The position numbers and the translations under genes were made by a program. DNA of 63,268 nucleotides, filler included, from Basidiobolus ranarum (lineage: Eukaryota): assembly GCA_040143965.1 (NCBI GenBank). It is 18 parts of 18 records of this genome, joined end to end, with 100 filler letters (N's around TTAATTAATTAA, not from the genome) between each part and the next. Parts side by side here need not be neighbours in the genome. Positions count along the whole stretch, not along the records: positions 59,865 to 63,268 come from JASJQH010002509.1; 17 more parts are not named here. One strand, given 5' to 3'. The notes below the pieces were generated by a model. The model was not told where the DNA came from and searched no databases. It was given only the letters and a program-made list of their open reading frames with translations. Every line of letters starts with the position of its first letter. The stretch's first letter is position 1. Shown here in pieces: positions 59,865 to 63,268 of the stretch.

Positions 59865-62048
59865 CCGAAACCAAAGTTTCCTCCAGGTTAAAAAAGAACA
59901 AAGTGCCTTTAACACAATTTGTCTTAATGTTAAAGACAAGCCACTAATTCAATGTTCAAGAGCTAAAACTGCCAAGAAGGTATGGATACCCTTGAAAGAC
60001 ACCTACCAAACAATTTCTGCTGCCAACAGGATGTTTCCAAGAGGACAATTCTTTAGCTTAAAGATGAAGTGGGGAGAAGACATTAAAGCACAAAATATTA
60101 GAGTCACTATTTTAGTTGATGAAATGGAATGCATTGGAGTACCTACTACTGATCAAGATATCATTGTCACAGTCCTAAATAGCCTGCCACATGAGTTTCA
60201 GAGCTTACTTATGGCTCTAGAATCAAGAACTGAAAATTTGACCTTGAATAATGTATTTGGCAGACTACTAGATGAAGATTTACACAAATCAGGATCCAAC
60301 CAAAGGAATGAAGAAAATGCTTTAATAGGCTATTGGAAAACTTCCTGTAAAGGTCAAGAGCACTTTAGGAAGAAAAGTGATGCATTCTGTGATTACTGTA
60401 ATAGAACTGGCCATTTGAGCAAAGATTCCTTAAAAAGAATTGAAAAGAAGAAGAACATACTGAATCTGGAAATGTTGTTACAACAGAAGATCACTTTTCA
60501 TATCTGCTCTATCTATGACTACCAACAAGGATGCACAGACATGATAAATTGATTTTGGAGCCTACCAATATTACACAAATTAAAAACACTGGTATGTGTA
60601 ATACAAAAAAATCCTAATTAGAAAGGTTTGCATGGGAGATGACCACACATTGGATGCTATTGGAATGGGAACAATTCAAGTCAAGTTAACTGGAGCTTCT
60701 GAAAAGAAAGTGAATACTTTTAAGGATGCACTTGATTCTGGAGCCTCCCAATATTACATAAATGAAAAACATTGGTTTGTGGATGATGAAAATCCAAATT
60801 AGAAAGGTTTTCATGGGAGATGACCACATATTGAATGCTATTGGAGTGGGAACAATTCAAGTCAATCTAACTGGAGCTTCTGAAGAGAAAGTGTATACTT
60901 TTAAGTATCTGCTACTTGTTCCTGATATTGCTAAGAATTTAATATCTGTACGCCACCACAGAAAGGCTAAAATTCAATTTTGGTAAGTCAGCATGAGCCA
61001 TCACTGATTAAAATGGGAGTTATTTAGCTTTGTCAGAAAAGGATCAGAACTTATACAAACTTACATATAATCCAATAGGTTTATGTGTAAATATAAGTTA
61101 TTCCAATTAAGAAACTATTCAATTATACTATGAGAGATTTGACATATTGGATTTGATTATTTGAGCAAGATGATCAAAAATTTCCTAATTTCTGGATTTC
61201 AAATTAACCCCCAATCAAAATGCATATTTGTGGGGGTTGTATATATGGAAAACAGGCCAGGCCACTGTTCAAGAGCTCTGGTTTAATCAAATGTATCAAA
61301 AAATTGGATCTAATTCATTCGGATTTGTGTGGGCCTATGCAAAATTTATCTTTAGGAAGAAAAAGATATTTAACCATATTTAATATTGATTATACAAGAT
61401 ACACTTGGGTCTACTTCATGGAATGAAGAAGAAGCTCTCTCTATCTTTAGAGATTTGGAAACACCTGTAGAGGATGAAACTGGAACTAGAATCAAGAAAA
61501 TACGTACTGATAATGGTGGAGAATATACTTCAACACTATTTAAGCACTTTTGCAAAGTTCATGGAATTAAGCAAGAAACTACTGCCCTTTACTCACCTCA
61601 ACAAAGTGGAGTTACTGAAAGAGCTAGCAGGATAATGATACAAATGGCAAGATCTTTGAAAAATTCACAAAATTTATTTCATAACTTTTGGGCAGAATCT
61701 GTTGCCAGAGCTTCATATTGGAAGAATAGGAGTTTACTAGAAGTCTGTCTAAATCTACTCCAGACCAAGCTTGGTTTGAGTCAAACCTGCTGTAAAACAT
61801 TTGAGGATCTTTGGATGCATTGCTTATGTCAAAATTATGAACAAAAATCACCCTAAATTTAATGGAAAAAGGTAGATATTCATATTTCTAGGTTATTGTA
61901 CTCAATCATCAAATGGATGTTAAAGCTGCTTTTTTGAATGTGAGCTTGCTGCAGAGATCCATATAAACCAGTCAGAAGGATTTGTGGACCCAAAAAACCC
62001 TAAAAAAGTTTTCAGACTCTGGAAAACACAGTATTGCATAAAACAATC
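59865..62048 (+). mobile_element. Degenerate copia gag-PR-IN with an internal deletion into RT
   Basis: CDYCNRTGHLSKDS; DSGASQY; HSDLCGPM; IRTDNGGEYTS. FLGYCTQ is joined directly to QMDVKAAFLN at about 61905. Confidence 0.93.
60549..60912 (+). repeat. Tandem duplication (183-bp period) of the protease active-site region
   Basis: TTGATTyTGGAGCCT.CCAATATTACA... begins at 60549 and at 60732; both units include GGAGATGACCACA...GGAACAATTCAAGTCAA. Confidence 0.88.
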
Positions 62049-62938
62049 CCCTAACAAAAAATAAAGTCGGTTTGATCCGGATCTGATCCACCCTCCAAAA
62101 GAGCAAAAACATCAGAGAACCACTAAATTTGGGTGGCTTGCATTCTGCCAGGTAATTTGATGGTGTGATGGTGGCTTCTTGACAGTGTTCTGATGGTATT
62201 CATACTTGTTAAATATTGATCCTCAAATTTGGTGTGTGTTATTCAACATCCAGCAATTTTGCAAAATATAATTTTCAAATGGCAAATTACTGGGTTTACT
62301 GCTGTAGGAATTCTTATTAATATGCATGCCTTTATTTTGATATTTTAGGCTTTGTAATCCAGCCATAATGAGAATCAAAAAATATAAGGATCTTGTTATG
62401 TTTAGTCTCTACATATGCATTTACTTTACTGATTAGATATAACTCAACAACATCAATATGCTTTACCAGCAAGCTAAAGGTGGAAATATATCTGAATATC
62501 TGAAATTTTGAATAGCGCTGACACTTGGCAAATAGCTGACTCTTGTTACCATTCACAATGAGAATAAGCTCTTGGATTTTCGCAAATTTCCATGAAGAAT
62601 TCAACCAATACATACCCAACTTGCAGTCAACAAATGCCCTGCCACAAGTAGATGTGTCATTGCTTGAATAGATTACCCCATGGCTTAAACAATAACACTG
62701 TGTATCTCCATCTATCCACCAAGAAGTCTGTCTTGCAGCTTTCCTAAAAATACCATCAGATTATCACACAAGCAAATTAGTCTGATTAAAGAGGTACTTA
62801 CTGTGTGTCCATGGATTGGGCTTTGTTGCTGTTATTGTGCTCAAACAATGCAAAAACCCATGAGCACATTGAAAGAGCCCTTTGTTGGCAGGTTAATATA
62901 CTCTGGAGTCTCCTTAACCCATCTCATTACATCCATCA
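62049..62938 (-). mobile_element. CACTA distal end inserted in copia RT
   Basis: Starts CCCTAACAAAAAATAAAG right after RT KQS; reverse complement of about 50850-51735. Confidence 0.9.
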
Positions 62939-63268
62939 CCCTAACAAAAATAAAATCAATTTGATCCGGATCGGATCCACCTTTTGAAATAGCAAAACCA
63001 TCAGAGAACTGTCACAATATTGTTGGCTTGCATTCTGCCAGGGATTTTGATGATGTGATGGCGGTTTCTTGACGGTATCTTAGCGGTATTCATACATGTT
63101 AAAATATTGATCCTCAAATTTGGCATGCATTATTCAATATCCAGCAATTTAGCAAATATATAATTTTTGAATGGCAAATTACTGGGTTTACTACTGTAGG
63201 AATTTGAATTAATATGCATGCCTTTATTTAGATATTTTAGGCTTTGTATTCCAGCCATAATGAGAATC
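62939..63268 (-). mobile_element. Second CACTA distal end nested in the first
   Basis: Starts CCCTAACAAAAATAAAATC and repeats 62049-62375. Confidence 0.9.

Noticed and set aside
62049..62055. CACTA terminus CCCTAAC resembling a telomere repeat
   Set aside because: Only one unit, and CCC termini are the established form for fungal and animal CACTA elements.

Overview
This window is not one locus. It is 18 unrelated contigs of about 3.4 kb, sorted by decreasing length (3435 down to 3404 bp) and joined by an artificial 100-bp linker (N44-TTAATTAATTAA-N44), so no gene neighbourhood can be inferred across linkers. The content is eukaryotic and fungal-type, with short 55-95 bp GT-AG introns and TATA boxes. 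An early-diverging lineage such as Basidiobolus is plausible, but that is inference only. About half the contigs are CpG-depleted transposon debris: Ty1/copia elements with a half-tRNA(iMet) primer site, solo LTRs with intact target-site duplications (TSDs), and a CACTA/EnSpm family with CCC termini. Host genes, mostly cut by contig ends: chitin deacetylase, PP1 catalytic subunit, stomatin, AVT1-type amino-acid transporter, questin-oxidase/HypA-like protein, ELMO, Vti1, GDSL esterase and DNA polymerase eta. Pseudogenes: GMC oxidoreductase, CPA2 antiporter and HSF-like factor. The most notable observations are: (1) a 1080-bp LTR with a 4-bp TSD whose U3 carries phased heat-shock-element arrays; (2) a retroelement-like 3' end finishing in CCCTAA telomere-type repeats, seen 2-3 times at internal sites; (3) a divergently transcribed CACTA accessory gene with a decayed Cys/His finger; (4) a self-overlapping contig that closes into one intact transporter gene; (5) an internally deleted GMC oxidoreductase with bacterial-looking motifs. 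None of these can be shown to be a new system from sequence alone.
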